Notes: generated from the sequence alone by a model not told the origin. Shown: positions 1 to 13,400, numbered from the stretch's first letter. The stretch: DNA of 64,000 nucleotides from the human T2T-CHM13v2.0 reference genome, Homo sapiens (GCF_009914755.1 NC_060933.1); one strand, 5' to 3'. A program made the numbers and translations.

Positions 1-61
1 CCAGGCTGGTCTTGAACTCCTGGACTGAAGCGATCCTCCTGTCTCGACCTCCCAAAGTGCT
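1..61 (-). mobile_element. Alu fragment (left arm, cut by window edge)
   Basis: ccaggctggtcttgaactcctg...cctcccaaagtgct is antisense Alu left monomer. Confidence 0.9.
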
Positions 62-467
62 AACTCCCATATTTTATAACTACCAAACAGAAACCCCCAG
101 TCATGATAGAAAAGAAGGAAAGCAATAAATGTTTGTTCAGCTAGCTATGTACTGCAGTCTAGGCAAGTTTCAAGAGAAGCAAGAGTGATTAAGACCCACA
201 CCTGTCCTCAGGATGCTCAGAGTCAGACTGTATGTCAGACCATGGCACTCCTCAGCTCAAAACCTTCCTGTGGTGCCCTGTCTCGCTTGGAGTCAAAGCC
301 AAAGTCCTTGCAGTGCCCCCCCAGCCCCATGTGGCCTGCCCTGGGGTGGTACTCTTTGATGTCACCTCTTTTTCTTTTCACAGTGGTGAGGCAGGTACTT
401 GTATTAATTTCCTGTGGCAGCTGAGACAAATCACTGCAAACTTAGTGGCTTCAATAACACAGAGACA

Positions 468-768
468 AACACAGAAGAGTCTTAGGGCAATGGAGATACT
501 CCATACAATTCTGTAATGGTGGCTATGTATCATTACGTATTTGTCCAAACCCACAGAATGTACAACACTATGGACTCTGGGTGATGACGCTGTGTCAATG
601 TCGGTTCATCGACTGGAACAAATGGACCACTCTGGTGGGGATGTTGATAATGGGGGAGGCTGTGCATGTGTGGGAGGCAAAGAGTATGTGGGAAATTTCC
701 CTACTTTCCTCTCATTTTTGTTGTGAACATAAAACTGCTCTAAAAATTTATTTTTAAAATAAAGTCTT
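468..768 (+). mobile_element. L1MC1-like 3' end
   Basis: tttgtccaaacccacagaatgtacaaca...accactctggtggggatgttgataatgggggaggc...aaaactgctctaaaaa. Confidence 0.8.
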
Positions 769-770
769 CA

Positions 771-1079
<309 letters not shown>

Positions 1080-1544
1080 TTAAAAAACATACAAAAACGC
1101 ATAATTGTCTTACAGTTTTGAAGGCCAGAATCCAAAATGGATCTCACTGGGCTAAAATCCAGTTGTCAGCAGGGCAGCATTCCTTCTACAGCCACTAAGG
1201 AAGAACCCATTCTCTCGCATTTCCTACCTTCTAGAGGCCACCTGTAATCCTTGGCTCATGGCCCCTTCCTCCATTTTCAAAGCCAGCAGTGCAGCACCTT
1301 CTAATCTCTCTTTGACCCGTCTTCTGTTGTCACAGCTCCTTCTCTGCCTCTGACCCATCTGCCTCCCTTCTAAGATCCCTGTGTTACTTTCAGACCCACC
1401 TGGATAATCCAGGATAGTCTCCCATCTCTAGATCCTTAACTTAATCCCATCTGTCCTATGTAGAAAGTAAGATAGCCGCAGGTTCTGCCATGAGAACATG
1501 GACATCTCTGGGGGCCATTTTTCTGCCTACCACAGTCTTCTTCA

Positions 1545-1650
1545 TATCCATTTTTCAGATGGGGAACCTGAGGCACAGGGCAGCTCAGTAACTTCTCAGG
1601 TCTCACATGGGGCAAGTGGCTGAGCTGGGATTCAAAGGCACAGTCAAACT
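1545..1650 (-). mobile_element. MIR
   Basis: ccatttttcagatggggaacctgaggcacag...gctgggattcaaa antisense MIR core. Confidence 0.75.
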
Positions 1651-2469
1651 GCAGAGCCCAAGCCCTCCGTCTGTCCTGTGAGGTCACCTGGCAGGTGCAG
1701 AGATGTTTGAGCCTCTCCATTTGGCTGGAGAGCCAAGGACAGTAAGGAGGGCAAGGCAAGGGAGGTCAATGGCAGTGGTCCTGGGCACTGTGGAGGGGCT
1801 GGACCAGGTCCTGAGGGGTGTGCAATGTGAGCCCCACGAAGATCTGGCCTCCCCTTGGACTCACAGGCAGCGTGCACAGGAAGGCAAGCAGCAGACAGGG
1901 CCAGGGCCTACAAGTCTCAGCACAAGGATGCAGGCCAAGCAGACACCATGACCTCACAGCCTCAGTGGGTCCTGTGGACCTGCCTAGAGAACTTGGCCCC
2001 CATTGGGATGCTGGCATCTCACCCCCGTTCCATGAGAGGTGGATATATTTTGGCCAGAACTGTGGGAGAGAAAAACTTCAATTATCCTAATTGTTCAAAT
2101 ACTGTCTTCCAGTAGAAAAGAAATGAGATGTTAAACAAAAGGTGGGCGGGTGGTTGTAACAAAGACAGAGAGACTTAGGGTAGGAGGGAGAGTAGGGAGG
2201 AAGAGAGTCTCTCGGGAAGAGAGAGGAAGAGGAGGCAGCAAGGAGCTGCTGGTAGCAGCCAAGGAAGCAAGCTGCAGGCCGAGCAGACACCTTGACCTCA
2301 TGGTCTGTGATGGTCTCTGTGGACCCGCCTAAGGAACTTGGCCTGCACAGGATGCGGAGGAAGCTGGGAGCTGCAGAACGCTGAGGCCGGCTGCTGGCAA
2401 ATGCACTGAGAATCAGTGGTGGGCCAGGTAGGAGCCCCGAGCCCGGGGCAGACAGGGAGGCAGCTTGCA

Positions 2470-2540
2470 TCAATTTACTGTGGGACCTTGAGCAAAGGCT
2501 TTTCTCTCTCTGGACCTCAGTTTCCCCATGTGAATTTGTG
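2470..2540 (+). mobile_element. MIR fragment
   Basis: ctgtgggaccttgagcaaagg...cctcagtttccccatgtgaa. Confidence 0.6.
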
Positions 2541-3464
2541 GAGAGGAGGGATCAGCCTGTTGCTCCACAGGGCTTCCTGTAGTGCAGAACCTCCCCTCCA
2601 TCACCTGCCCTGGTGTTAACTGCCAGTAAGCCCTCCTCCCAGCCTCCAGAGGCTTTGCTGGCCACCTACACTCAGGAAGCACAGCCCAAGCCCAGCCAGG
2701 CTACTGTCTGGGAACCTGGAACCAGAGCCTGTACATACTCCTGGATGATGTGTCAAGGCTGCAGCAGAGGGCCCCACAAAGGGGGCTATAACCCAGCCCA
2801 TGCCCCAGTTGCCACACGGCATGCCCACCCAAAGGCACGCTTGTGCTCCCTCCAGGCTGCTCCACCCCTGCCCTACTCCCACATTTACTTCCACTCACTT
2901 GCCCAGGGAAGGAAGCTCCTGGTCACTGATGCCCGGCTCAGGGCTCAGGACCATCCAGGAGACACCACCATCCACACCATTGCCCTTCTGTGGAAACTGT
3001 TCCCTGTCCTCATACCCAGCGTGGCCCAGGCCCCTGAGAGAAGGCAGCCTGCTGCCCTGAGAGCTGTGTCAGGAGACCTTGGACAGAGAGAATGAGAACT
3101 TGGGAAGAAACTGCCTCTGCCACTTCCTCCTGAGGGGTCTTGGAAAAGACCCTGAGCCTCTTCTCTGGGAGGGGCTATGATATCCCCTCGCCAGGCTGCT
3201 GAGAGTGTCAAATGAGACAACAGGGTGACCGTCCCCTACAAACTGGAAGACTCTACACAGAGGTAGTGTGGTTAGGATCACTCTTCATCAAGGACTCACA
3301 CACAGCTATGATGTCAGAGGTTCCCTCCGTCTTTAAGACAGACCTAAGATGAATCAAATCCATATTCTCCTGTCCCCACAGGCCAGTCACAGTCTGGAGG
3401 GAATGCATTTAGGCAACTCTCTCCTTTCATCCTCAGAGCACCTCAAGAAGCAGGGACTGGTTCC

Positions 3465-3560
3465 TGCCCATTTCACAGATGAAGAAACTGAGACTCAGGG
3501 AGGCGAAGGGAGCCAAGGAGCACACAATATGTAGTGATCTGGATTCACACCAAGTGCACC
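3465..3560 (-). mobile_element. MIR fragment
   Basis: cccatttcacagatgaagaaactgagactcag core. Confidence 0.65.
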
Positions 3561-3724
3561 TGCCTTCAAAGCCTGACGTACCTTAAACAGGGGACAGAGC
3601 TTAAGACAGGGAAGTCAGGGCTCAGGAATGTGCATAGGGAGGCCCTGGGAGAACAATAGAGGGGAGAGCTCCCTGACCGGGAGAAGAAGCACTGCAGCCG
3701 TGGGACCCACCTGGGTAGAGATTC

Positions 3725-4070
3725 GGAAGTGAACCTTGAAAACATCATGCTGAGTGAAAGAGGCTGTCGCAAAGGACCATATATTGTATAATTTCATTTA
3801 TAGGAAACGTCCAGAATAGGTTAATCCAAAGAGACAGAAAGTAGATTGGCTGTTGCCAGGGGTTGGGTGGATTGGAGGAAAATGGGGAGTGACTGCCAAT
3901 GGCTCCAGGGTTTCTTTCTGGGGTGATTAAAATGTTCTAAACAGATTGTGGTGATGGTTGCACAACTCTGTGAATATATCAAAAACACTTAGATTACACA
4001 TTTTAAATGGGTGAATTGTATGTTAGGTGAATTAAATTAAGATTTCAGAAAAGCTGTTATTTTTTTAAAA
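3725..4070 (+). mobile_element. L1MB-type 3' end
   Basis: gaaccttgaaaacatcatgctgagtgaaaga...agagacagaaagtagatt...tgtggtgatggttgcacaactctgtgaatata. Confidence 0.85.
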
Positions 4071-4114
4071 AGGATAAGAAAATGAGTTGGACCTCTTGTT
4101 TAGCTAAAGGTGAA

Positions 4115-4340
4115 ATCGTAGAGAGGTAGTGAAGAGCCTGGGTCAAATCCTGATCTACTGCTTGCTCTCTGTGTGATCCTGGGCAAGTCACTTAACTCCA
4201 TGCCTCAGTTTCTGTACAACGGGGATAACAATACTTATATCTCTTAGGACTATGAAGTTGGAGTTAGATTATGTAAATAGCCGTACTTGAAAAGGCTTGG
4301 CTCATTATAAGTTCTAGATGAGTGCTTGCTGTTATTTTTA
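4115..4340 (+). mobile_element. MIR
   Basis: ctgggtcaaatcctg...tgtgtgatcctgggcaagtcacttaac...cctcagtttc. Confidence 0.75.
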
Positions 4341-5404
4341 TTATCTGAAGCAACACCAAGCATTTGCATGTTGTTTATGTAAAGTTGCATCCTCTGCTCT
4401 GCGATGCAGTGGCCTAAAATGCTTCCTCTTTGGAGGAAGGATTCATTCAGTCAGTCAACGAGCACTAATTTCTGCCTCTGTCTTGAACTTCTCTTCCAGA
4501 TGCTCCTGGAGGGCTGAACCAGCACAGAAGTTACAAGGAAGTGATTTCTAAGACACCATTGACATCATCCTGCTTCAGGAATAAGTGAGAACATGAAATG
4601 CCTAGGTTTGAAACCGCCTTTCTTGAGTGAGGACTGCAAGGAGAACCTTGGATGCTTTTCAGATGCTGCCTGTGTTTCATGGTCTCTGAGATTTGCTTCC
4701 TAAACAAGATGAGGCACCTGAGCCATAAGGGTGTGGGATCAGCTTCACGGAGGCCAGCCTCAGCCACTGGTGGGCCGATTTGGGACAGTGACCCCCAATG
4801 TCAGATGTCCACATGATACTCACAGCCCACCCGGACTCTGGGACTTTCTCTGTGAATAAGCTAGTGAGACCGGAGGCCAAGCAGATGGCAAGCTGTGGCC
4901 CTCTCCATCATCTTCCTCGGAGGCCAAATTCCTCCTGAGAAAGGGTGCCTGGACCACCAGAAGCTTGGTAGGGAGAATAGGAGCCATGGACCCAGGAAAC
5001 AGGCTACAGCTTCAAGGGTTGAGGCACTGTGTATGAGATGGAGAGAGTTGAGACAAGCTATTCCCCAGCCTCTTGTTCATTCTTCCGGCTAATGCAGGAA
5101 TCATCGGGACATCATGTGAAAGACTGCATTCCAGAGGGCTTTGTAAGCTGTCCCCACTCGGGTCTGTTAGTCTCATTAGGAAAACCTGACCAACAGTGTA
5201 AGTGGTAGAACAGAGAAAGGCTATGTTGTGAAGTAGTGATCGCCCTGTCACACAGAAGTGTCCACACAGGGCAGGTGACAGATGAGCACCCATCAGGGCG
5301 TTCTGAAGCGGGTCCGTGTGCTGGCTGATCTGTGAAGCCCTATGGCCATTCTCCTCGGTGTCTGTCCCCCAAGCCTGAAGCTCAGTCAATGACAAAAGGC
5401 AGAA

Positions 5405-5540
5405 ACCAAATGAGCTGGAAGGGGCCCCAGAGGCCATCTAGTCTAGCGCCTCTATTTGACCAAGGAAAAAACTGATTTTACAGATGAGAAGTTAACTTGC
5501 CCAAGGTCACGCAGCTCTTCAGGGCAGAGCCTGGAGTCTT
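5405..5540 (-). mobile_element. MIR3/MIR
   Basis: gagctggaagggg...catctagtcta...ttttacagatgag...acttgcccaaggtcac. Confidence 0.6.
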
Positions 5541-7164
5541 AAATTGGCGTGTTCAATTGGGCCTGAAGTTGGACATAGGCAGCCAGACTTTCTGCTGAAA
5601 AAAACAGTTTCAAGACTTTATGTTCCAATTGTAGCTAAATGGCTTTTAATCAGATAAGGACACATCTCAAAAAGCACAGAAAATTTTAGAAAAATGTAGC
5701 TTTCCCTTAAGCACCGTTACAAGTAGCAATTGAAAAGTTACATGACATAAGATACAACAAGAATAACTTACGTGTGTTTAAAAGTATCCCACTTAGGCCA
5801 ACAATAAACCGTTTACATTTTAGCTCATTTATCAGATGAGGAGGGTAAAGACCAGGGAAGCTTCAGCGAAGCAAGAACTAGAAGCTTGTGCTGACTCCAA
5901 AGCCACTCCTCCAAACAAAAGGTTTTTGCAATGACCCCAGGTATCCTAAAGTCATATGTTATCAAGAAATATATCAGTTTTAAAAGGCAGGGTAGCTAAT
6001 TATCTAAGCAGCTTGCTGGCTACAAACGTCCCCTGAATTTCACTTTCTGAAGTGACAGCCTTCCCTGGGCTTTTGCTGGGATTTTGTCAGCTCCGGGGCA
6101 CCATTTGGCTGCAAAACACTTGAGCTTGCTGTGAAATTGCCCATTTTAGATGGAAACACCTTTTTCTTTCTCTTTTATATAAAAAGTATATCCATGGCTT
6201 TTTTTCAAAGCTTTTCTATTAGCTACGCTGCTGTACTTGACTTTTCCTCAGAGAAAACACTTTGCTGTCTGTTGTCTGTGTGATCCAAACCACACCTGGA
6301 AATGGAACTTTCTCACCCCTCACACACCACCCTGCCTCTAACAACCTCCTGCCAACTCATTCTCGAGATGTTTTTCCCTAAGAGGAAGGGCAAGGGTTTG
6401 CTATATGATGGAGTGTGTGTCCCCCTCCAGCCAGCTTCTCTTACCTGTGGATCCCCCAGCTTCCTCCCGTGAAGCTGAAAAGGCCACGTGCAAACATGCA
6501 CGCGCGTGCACCTACCCCTACAGGGGCTGCAGCTCTGGGGCCATTCTGTCCTTCCCCACACTGTGTCCTTTATAGGCCTTGCTTTTATCAGAGAAGGGCT
6601 TGCCTTCTTGATCAATGTTAAACTTGTTACCAAATTTGAAACGAAGTCTAAGTCAGAACCAAAGGTGAAATCCTCAAAGCTTCAGATTCTAAAAAACCAT
6701 TCTGGGTAACGAAAGGGATCATTCTGACACACACCTGGTACAAAACACTAAAGTTAATCTAAAAAGAGACTGAAGAGTTGAGGTTTAATGAGCAAAGGAA
6801 TTCATTTGTACTTAATATTGATGTATTTTTGGATATGCTCAAAAATGATGTGCCTCTTTATTTACAAAGGGAAAAATAGAGATTATCCAGGTTTATGCTA
6901 CTATTTTAATAAAAAAGGATAATTTTCATAGAAAATACCACAAGTGATCATATGATAAGCCAAAAATGTCTTCTCCTTATTTATACCTAAGTTGATTCTA
7001 ATCATTCAGCCTAAGCAAGCACATTTGCTGCTGGGAGCTCCTTAAATTACAAGCCATTTTCTTTTCCTCAAGACTAGATTATAAAAACCAAGTCTGAAAG
7101 GAATGGCCATCCTTTCACTCCTACCTCCAATAGCTTCAACATTCTCTGCCCACAGATATTAACT

Positions 7165-7800
7165 GGATATAGTAGACATTGATGGTCTGCCACGTAGCAT
7201 TCAACTCCTTCTTACATTTTAGATAGACTTGATTTTCATTTGGGGTCACCCCTTCCCCATGTACATATGAAAGCCATGCTGTATGGAATACTGGTGCCTT
7301 GGTCCAAACCAATTGGCTCACCCCTTTTTTCTTGATTGTGATTGGTTCAGGTGTAAGCCAATGAGAACATACAACTCCCAGAAGGATGTGCTTGGAAAAT
7401 TTGGGACAATGAACTGTCAAGCAAAGGTCACTGAAGTTATTAAAGAGAGTTGCATTATGACGATCCAGATATTTTTGCCTTTCTGAGCCCCTTCCCTCCT
7501 CCATTTTAATACTGCACCGGTATTAAGATGAATATATTAATATTACATCAAAACATTTTCTCCAATCTACAAGGTTTTTTTTCTTTTCTTCTTATTTTAA
7601 AATAAATTAAAACACTTTTGTGGGCTTCTAAAAGTATTCATGTGCCTCATGAATAACTGAGCCCTATTTCAGGATTGAGTTGACTCCAAATCCCACCCTA
7701 CCTATGGGCTTCTCATTGTGAGCCCATGAATTTCTGTATGGTTTATGTCACTCTGCATGGCTCTTCTATTACTGACAGCCAAGGGTATCCAGATACCCTG
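7165..7800 (+). mobile_element. Old MaLR LTR (MLT1K/L-like), fragmented, with intervening AT-rich (probably DNA-transposon) piece
   Basis: gtgattggttcagg...agccaatgaga motif and MLT1-like 3' end (tgtgagccc...ttactgacagccaag). Confidence 0.4.
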
Positions 7801-7839
7801 GAACAACAGACACAAAGGATCACTGGGTGAGAAGCATCC

Positions 7840-8030
7840 AGAGAAGGCAGCCAAGCCCAAATCTGAAATCAGTCAAACCCTGACTTAAATCCCCCTGGCA
7901 CTAGTCTTTCTGGGCCTTAATTTTCACATCTGTAAAGTGGAGATAACACCACCTAATAGGCAAGATCACTCAATGAGAGATGAGGTTGGCAGGGAGGTGG
8001 TGTTATTCACTACATGATGGTACTTAATGT
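7840..8030 (+). mobile_element. MIR
   Basis: ctgggccttaattttcacatctgtaaagtggagataac. Confidence 0.55.
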
Positions 8031-8449
8031 CATGATCTTGCTTTCATCATTATGACTGAGAAGTGGCTGTGGATACCTGGCATCAGGTGACTGACACAGG
8101 CATTGTGAGGACTACAGGAGCTTGAGCAGTGGCCCAAAGACCTACTGAGGCAGGACAGACTTAATTTTCACCTCCTTTCATGTGCTTTTCCTTAGCTCAG
8201 CAGCAAGAGGGTAGAGAAATGATCAAAACACAGATAGCCAAAAGAGAAAAGAGAAGCAAAGAGAATTTGTTTAGAAAATTGGGAGACCACTAGGAATTGA
8301 GAAACTAAATTTTCAAGCCAGCAAAGACCACCCAATAAAGGAAAGGAGTCAGTGTGAGAGGCCTCAAGTCTCTGTTAAAAAAATGAAAAAGGAGAGTTGA
8401 ATAGGATGGCTTTTAAGAGGACACCAACCTACCAATACTTTTAAACTAT

Positions 8450-8670
8450 AGAGCTGCACCGTCCAACATTGGCAGCCACTAGCCACAGGTCACTATTATT
8501 TAAACTTAAATTAATTCAAATCAAATTTAATTTATCAATTCAGTTCCTTCGTTATTACACTAACCCCATTTCAAGTACTCACTAGCCACACGTGGCTGGT
8601 GGCTACCATTTGAGACAGCACAGATAGAGAACGGTGCCATTATCACAGGAATTTCTACTGCATAGCGCTG
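8450..8670 (-). mobile_element. MER3 (hAT-Charlie) DNA transposon
   Basis: Internal palindromic tagccactagccaca...tagccacacgtggctggtggctacc, AT-rich centre, ends ...tagcgctg. Confidence 0.8.
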
Positions 8671-8859
8671 CTGGGGAGTGAAGAAAACATAACGAAATGC
8701 TATCTTAATATAAAAACTACCAGTGATACCCAACAAAATCAGACTAATTCTTGACTCAGAAATATCTCATGAACTTCCAAAATTAGACTGAGTTGATTTT
8801 CAACTCAGAAAACACCTCATGAACTTCAGTGGTGTGTCTATACACTTAAGAAAAAAGCA

Positions 8860-9030
8860 GCACAGGGTACAAAGTCCCAAAATCTGGATTCAGGCCTTGA
8901 CTATCACACTTCCTGCCAGTGTGACCCTGGAAAAGATAACTAACCTTCCTAAGCCTCAGTTTCCTCATCTGTAAAGTGATAATAAAACTTTCTATCTTAT
9001 TTGCTGCTATGATCACATTAGCTAACTGAT
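8860..9030 (+). mobile_element. MIR
   Basis: tgtgaccctgg...agcctcagtttcctcatctgtaaa. Confidence 0.75.
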
Positions 9031-9155
9031 GCATTCAACTAACATTTATTGAGGGTCTGCTATGTGCCAGCAACTATTTATTCAACACATTGAGGATAAA
9101 ACAGGTAATGAATGGAACAGACAGATATCTCTGCCCTCACAGAGCTTACATTCTG
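9030..9155 (-). mobile_element. L2 3' end
   Basis: cattcaactaacatttattgag...tatgtgccag...ctgccctcacagagcttacattct. Confidence 0.7.
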
Positions 9156-9839
9156 AAAGATTTTAGCACATGTTAGCCATCAATCCTGATAATGTTAACA
9201 GTCTGACAATACTATGATTCATACTTGAATTTAATAGAGACTCAGTCCACTCTCAATTAGTTAGAATGTAATTTCAATTTTAAAGTAATCGAGTCCTCTA
9301 ACTCATCTCTCTCCCAAATACAAATCTCAGCTAAAAGTTCTTTAAACTTATGTATGGCTTTGGATTACATCATAAAACCAAACACTTCACTATGACATTT
9401 GAATCTAATTCAAGAAAAAGATCTGATTTCAGCAGCTTTTAGTCCAGACTTTAGAAAAAATTAATTATGCATGCATTCAACTAGCAATGAGCAAACTTGA
9501 TAATTTAGGCAGTTTAGCAATTGGATTGAAATTTTACAGCTAATTTAAAGTACTCTACACTACTGATTTCAGACTTGAGGTTATGAAGCTGAATTAGCCT
9601 GGACAAGAGCAAATACTCAGCACTTTCAGCACAAATTGCCTTGACTGGTTTGTAGGAAGCGAAATGACTGCTCACACCCAGCCCCAATTGTCTAGACACT
9701 AAGATGCCCCAGGGTGGTATGTATGCCAGGTAGCGTTTGTTCTGTGTTCTCTGAAGCAAGACTGGGTATCATTTATCCTTGTCTTCCCCAGGACCCTTCA
9801 CAAATGAAAGAAGTATGTCCTAGTGGAAGGGTCACGGTG

Positions 9840-10000
9840 AGTTATAGCTGTGTGACTTTAGGCAAGCTCCTTAACCTCTCTAAGCCTCCAGTTTCCTCAT
9901 CTGCAAAATGGAAATAATAACAATACCTCCCAGGTAGTTGTGAAGAAGTAGAGATAATGTATGTAAAATGTCTGGCCCAAACTAGGTGCTCAATAAATGG
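9840..10000 (+). mobile_element. MIR
   Basis: agctgtgtgactttaggcaag...gtttcctcatctgcaaaatgg...gctcaataaatg. Confidence 0.8.
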
Positions 10001-10019
10001 AGTTCCTTGCCTTATTCAG

Positions 10020-10492
10020 TGTGGCAGTTTTAAAACATGGCACCAAAACTCTTAAACATTCCTCCCCTTGAGTGGTGGGTTCTGTGCCCCCTCCTCCTGG
10101 ACCTGAGCAGACTGTGATGGCTCTGATCAATATTGAGTATGGTGAGAGTGACACTATGGAACCTCTAAGACAAGGTTTCATAAAGTCTGTGCAGCTGCTT
10201 CCTGGCTGTCGTGGGATTCTGTCTCAAAACCCGGCCATCATGCTGGAGAAGCCAAAACCATGTGGAAAGGCTGTGGTCAGGTCATCTAGTCAACAGTCTC
10301 AGCTAAGCTCAGCCTTTGAGTCAACTCAGCCCATCAGGGTTTCCAACTGAGGGCCCAGTCATCATGGAGCAGGATAAGCCATCCCTGCTGTGGTCTGAAT
10401 TTCTGATCCACAAAATCCTTGAGCATGATAAAATGGTTGCTTTTACCACTAAGTTTGGGATGGTTTGTTAAACAGCAATAAGTAACTGGAAC
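10020..10492 (+). mobile_element. MaLR LTR (MLT1G-like)
   Basis: Starts tgtggcagttttaaaacatgg, ends ccactaagtttggg...cagcaataagtaactggaaca. Confidence 0.75.
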
Positions 10493-10615
10493 ACTCAGTA
10501 GGTTTCATTCGTTCACTCAACATTCACTGGTGCCTTCTAAGAGCAAAGAAGTGCAGTGAGCTCTGGAGAGCCTCAGGAAGTACAGGCTAGTGGAGAAGTA
10601 TAAAAGTAAATAGCT

Positions 10616-10817
10616 AGTGGTGTGCTGGTAAATGTGTAATAAACAGCTGGGGTTTCGGGACACCCTAGGTTGTAGTGTTTGTAGATATCCGTGGTGTGAA
10701 TATTCCTATCACTGCCAATTTCAAGGAACAAAAGTGAAGTCACCCAGCTTGGAAAATTCCTGAGAATTTAACCTCAGCTTTCATGAGCCAGTACCAGCCA
10801 GCTCCAGAACACCACTG
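10616..10817. mobile_element. MER63-like (hAT-Blackjack) DNA transposon
   Basis: Terminal inverted repeats agtggtgtgctgg ... ccagaacaccact. Confidence 0.7.
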
Positions 10818-10871
10818 TCAGGGTGGTGTGAGAAGTGTGAGAAGTGCTATGAAAAACGTGGCAAAATGTCA

Positions 10872-11272
<401 letters not shown>

Positions 11273-11299
11273 GAATAAGAACAGATAAAAGGCCCATCC

Positions 11300-11720
11300 T
11301 CAATATCACCAGAAGACAGAGCATCAGACCACAATGCAAGTCGGACCCCAACTGCAGGAGCCAGGGCGGGGAGGGACGTGGAAGAGCCTTAGTCTGCAGT
11401 GCCTTTTTAGGGGTGCTCAGCAAGGTGGATGGAGAGTCCCCAAGTTAAAGGCATCCATCAGAGGAGTCCTGTGTTTCTCAGGAGTGGTTCTGCCTTTGTG
11501 TCCCCACTCAGCTCAGTGCTGGTTGGGAGCTGTCTACCAGAAGCATGGCCTCAGCATGAACATGGTAACCGGCTTCAGTGCACAGCCACTGAGCTGTGGT
11601 CAGTTACACTGGCCACTCCTGAGAGAGCACAGAGGTGAATTTTCAGAGCTGTCACACGGGGCTGAGTGGCCTAGAGGCAGACACCCAGGGAAGTGCAGTG
11701 GAGCCTTAAGTTGGGACCCC
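11300..11720 (-). mobile_element. Old ERVL LTR (LTR16-family-like)
   Basis: Diverged similarity (catccatcagaggagtcctg...gttgggagc...agcatggcctcagc). Confidence 0.45.
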
Positions 11721-11924
11721 AACAGCATGCACGAGACTGCCGCTGACTATAGGAGTGCCTATTAGGTGTAGGGTAGGACAATAAGCATCAGCTCACCTCC
11801 CAACTGCCTCCCCACCCGACTTTGGGCCCTACTTCAGTCTATACACGCAGGGAGGCCTAGCCAAAAAGAATGTGGAACTTCTAAATGTGAGCCCGCTGCA
11901 TGGGTGTAATTTTTAAATTCTATT

Positions 11925-12366
11925 TGTAATGGATTGCCTAGTGTCCCCGTGAAATTCATGTCCACCTGGAACCCCAGAATGTGACTTCATTTGGAAATAG
12001 GGTCTTTGCTGATATAATCAGTTAAGGATCTTGAGATGAAATAATCCTGGATTGAGAACAGGCCCTAAATCCAATGACTGATAACCCTGTAAGAAGAGAA
12101 TAAGACACAGAGACACAAAATGAAGAAGGCCGCTTGAGGACCGAGGCAGAGATGGGCGTGATGGTGCCACAAGCCAAAGAACACCAGAGCCACCAGAGCT
12201 GGAAGAGGCAAGGAGGATCCTGCCCTAGTCTTCAGAGGAAGCAGGGCCCTGCTGACACCTTAATTTTGGACTTCTAGCCTCCAGAACTGTGAGCTAATAA
12301 ATTTCTATTGTTTTAAGCCACCCAGTCTCTGGTTGTTTTTTATGGCAGCCCTGGGAAATGATAGAC
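11925..12366 (+). mobile_element. MaLR LTR (MLT1C-like)
   Basis: tttggaaatagggtctttgc...ggccctaaatccaatgact...cctccagaactgtgag...ttttaagccacccagt. Confidence 0.85.
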
Positions 12367-12484
12367 TATACTATCCCGATCAAAAGTGTAGACATCAAGG
12401 GTTGGAGGAAGGAAAGCAACAACCTAACGAGTGATCCTTGGAACTGGAACGCATGCGACCCATGCCTCTCCCCCTCTGTCACGC

Positions 12485-12710
12485 CTCCTGCTCACACACC
12501 TCCAGTGCAGGAGAACTTAACTACATTTAGGTGAGGCCACTTCTGTTTCCGGCAACTCCCACAAAGCCCCTCCCTTATACTGACATAAATATCTGCCTCT
12601 CTGTAATCCCTAGCTTCCAGCCTAGCTTTGTTTTCTGAGAGCTGGCCTGCTTTCAACAGCCCATCTCCTGCTAAATCTTCCTACAGGCTACTCAGTCCCA
12701 GTTCCTTTAA
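12485..12710 (-). mobile_element. L3/CR1 fragment
   Basis: acacctccagtg...aaatatctgcctctctgtaa CR1-like antisense tract. Confidence 0.4.
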
Positions 12711-13199
12711 GGAATAATGTAACTTACTCGAAATACAACAATGAACCAGAATATGCAAATGATCTTATCAGCTGTATAAAGCTCTATAAAGACAATCTTT
12801 CCCTGATTAGCATACTGCTCTGCCTCTATTTTCACCAGGGATTCACAAAACTGGCACACCCAGAACTTCTAGCAACCACAGGGCATTTGGGGACAGCCAC
12901 TGAGGTTGGGTGGGCACACCAGACCCAAGTTCAGGAAGAGTGGTCCCTTCATTCCACAGGCCTCTAGAGAGTGACTCCCAGGTGCCAGAGTGTGGGCTGG
13001 CCATAGGGGTGGCATGGGGAGGATGGGAGTTGAGGGTGGGGGACACTCAGAGGGCTAGAGAGGAATGGAGTAATTGTCAGGAAGTTACTCCCGCAACAAC
13101 CATGAGGGAGACAGAGCCAGAACTACTGCCTAGAACTCTCAGCATGACTCATTTACCTGTCATACTCTAACTTCAACAAAAAGAAAGACACACACAGAG

Positions 13200-13400
13200 G
13201 CAAGAGGTGTGACCGCCTCTTGAGGTGGAATCAGGGCAGGCTTCTAGAAAGAGGTGTCTGTAGGTTGGGTCTTTAAGTCAGATGTGACAATCTGAAAAAA
13301 ATAGACAGACCAGGCAGAAGGAACTTCTGAATCTTTAGACCATGTTCAAGGAATGAGGACAAGTTCACTGTGGCTGGAGTATTTGCAAATCAAAGAGATA
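13200..13400 (-). mobile_element. L2 fragment
   Basis: aatcagggcaggcttctagaaagaggtg...ccaggcagaaggaac...catgttcaaggaa. Confidence 0.55.
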
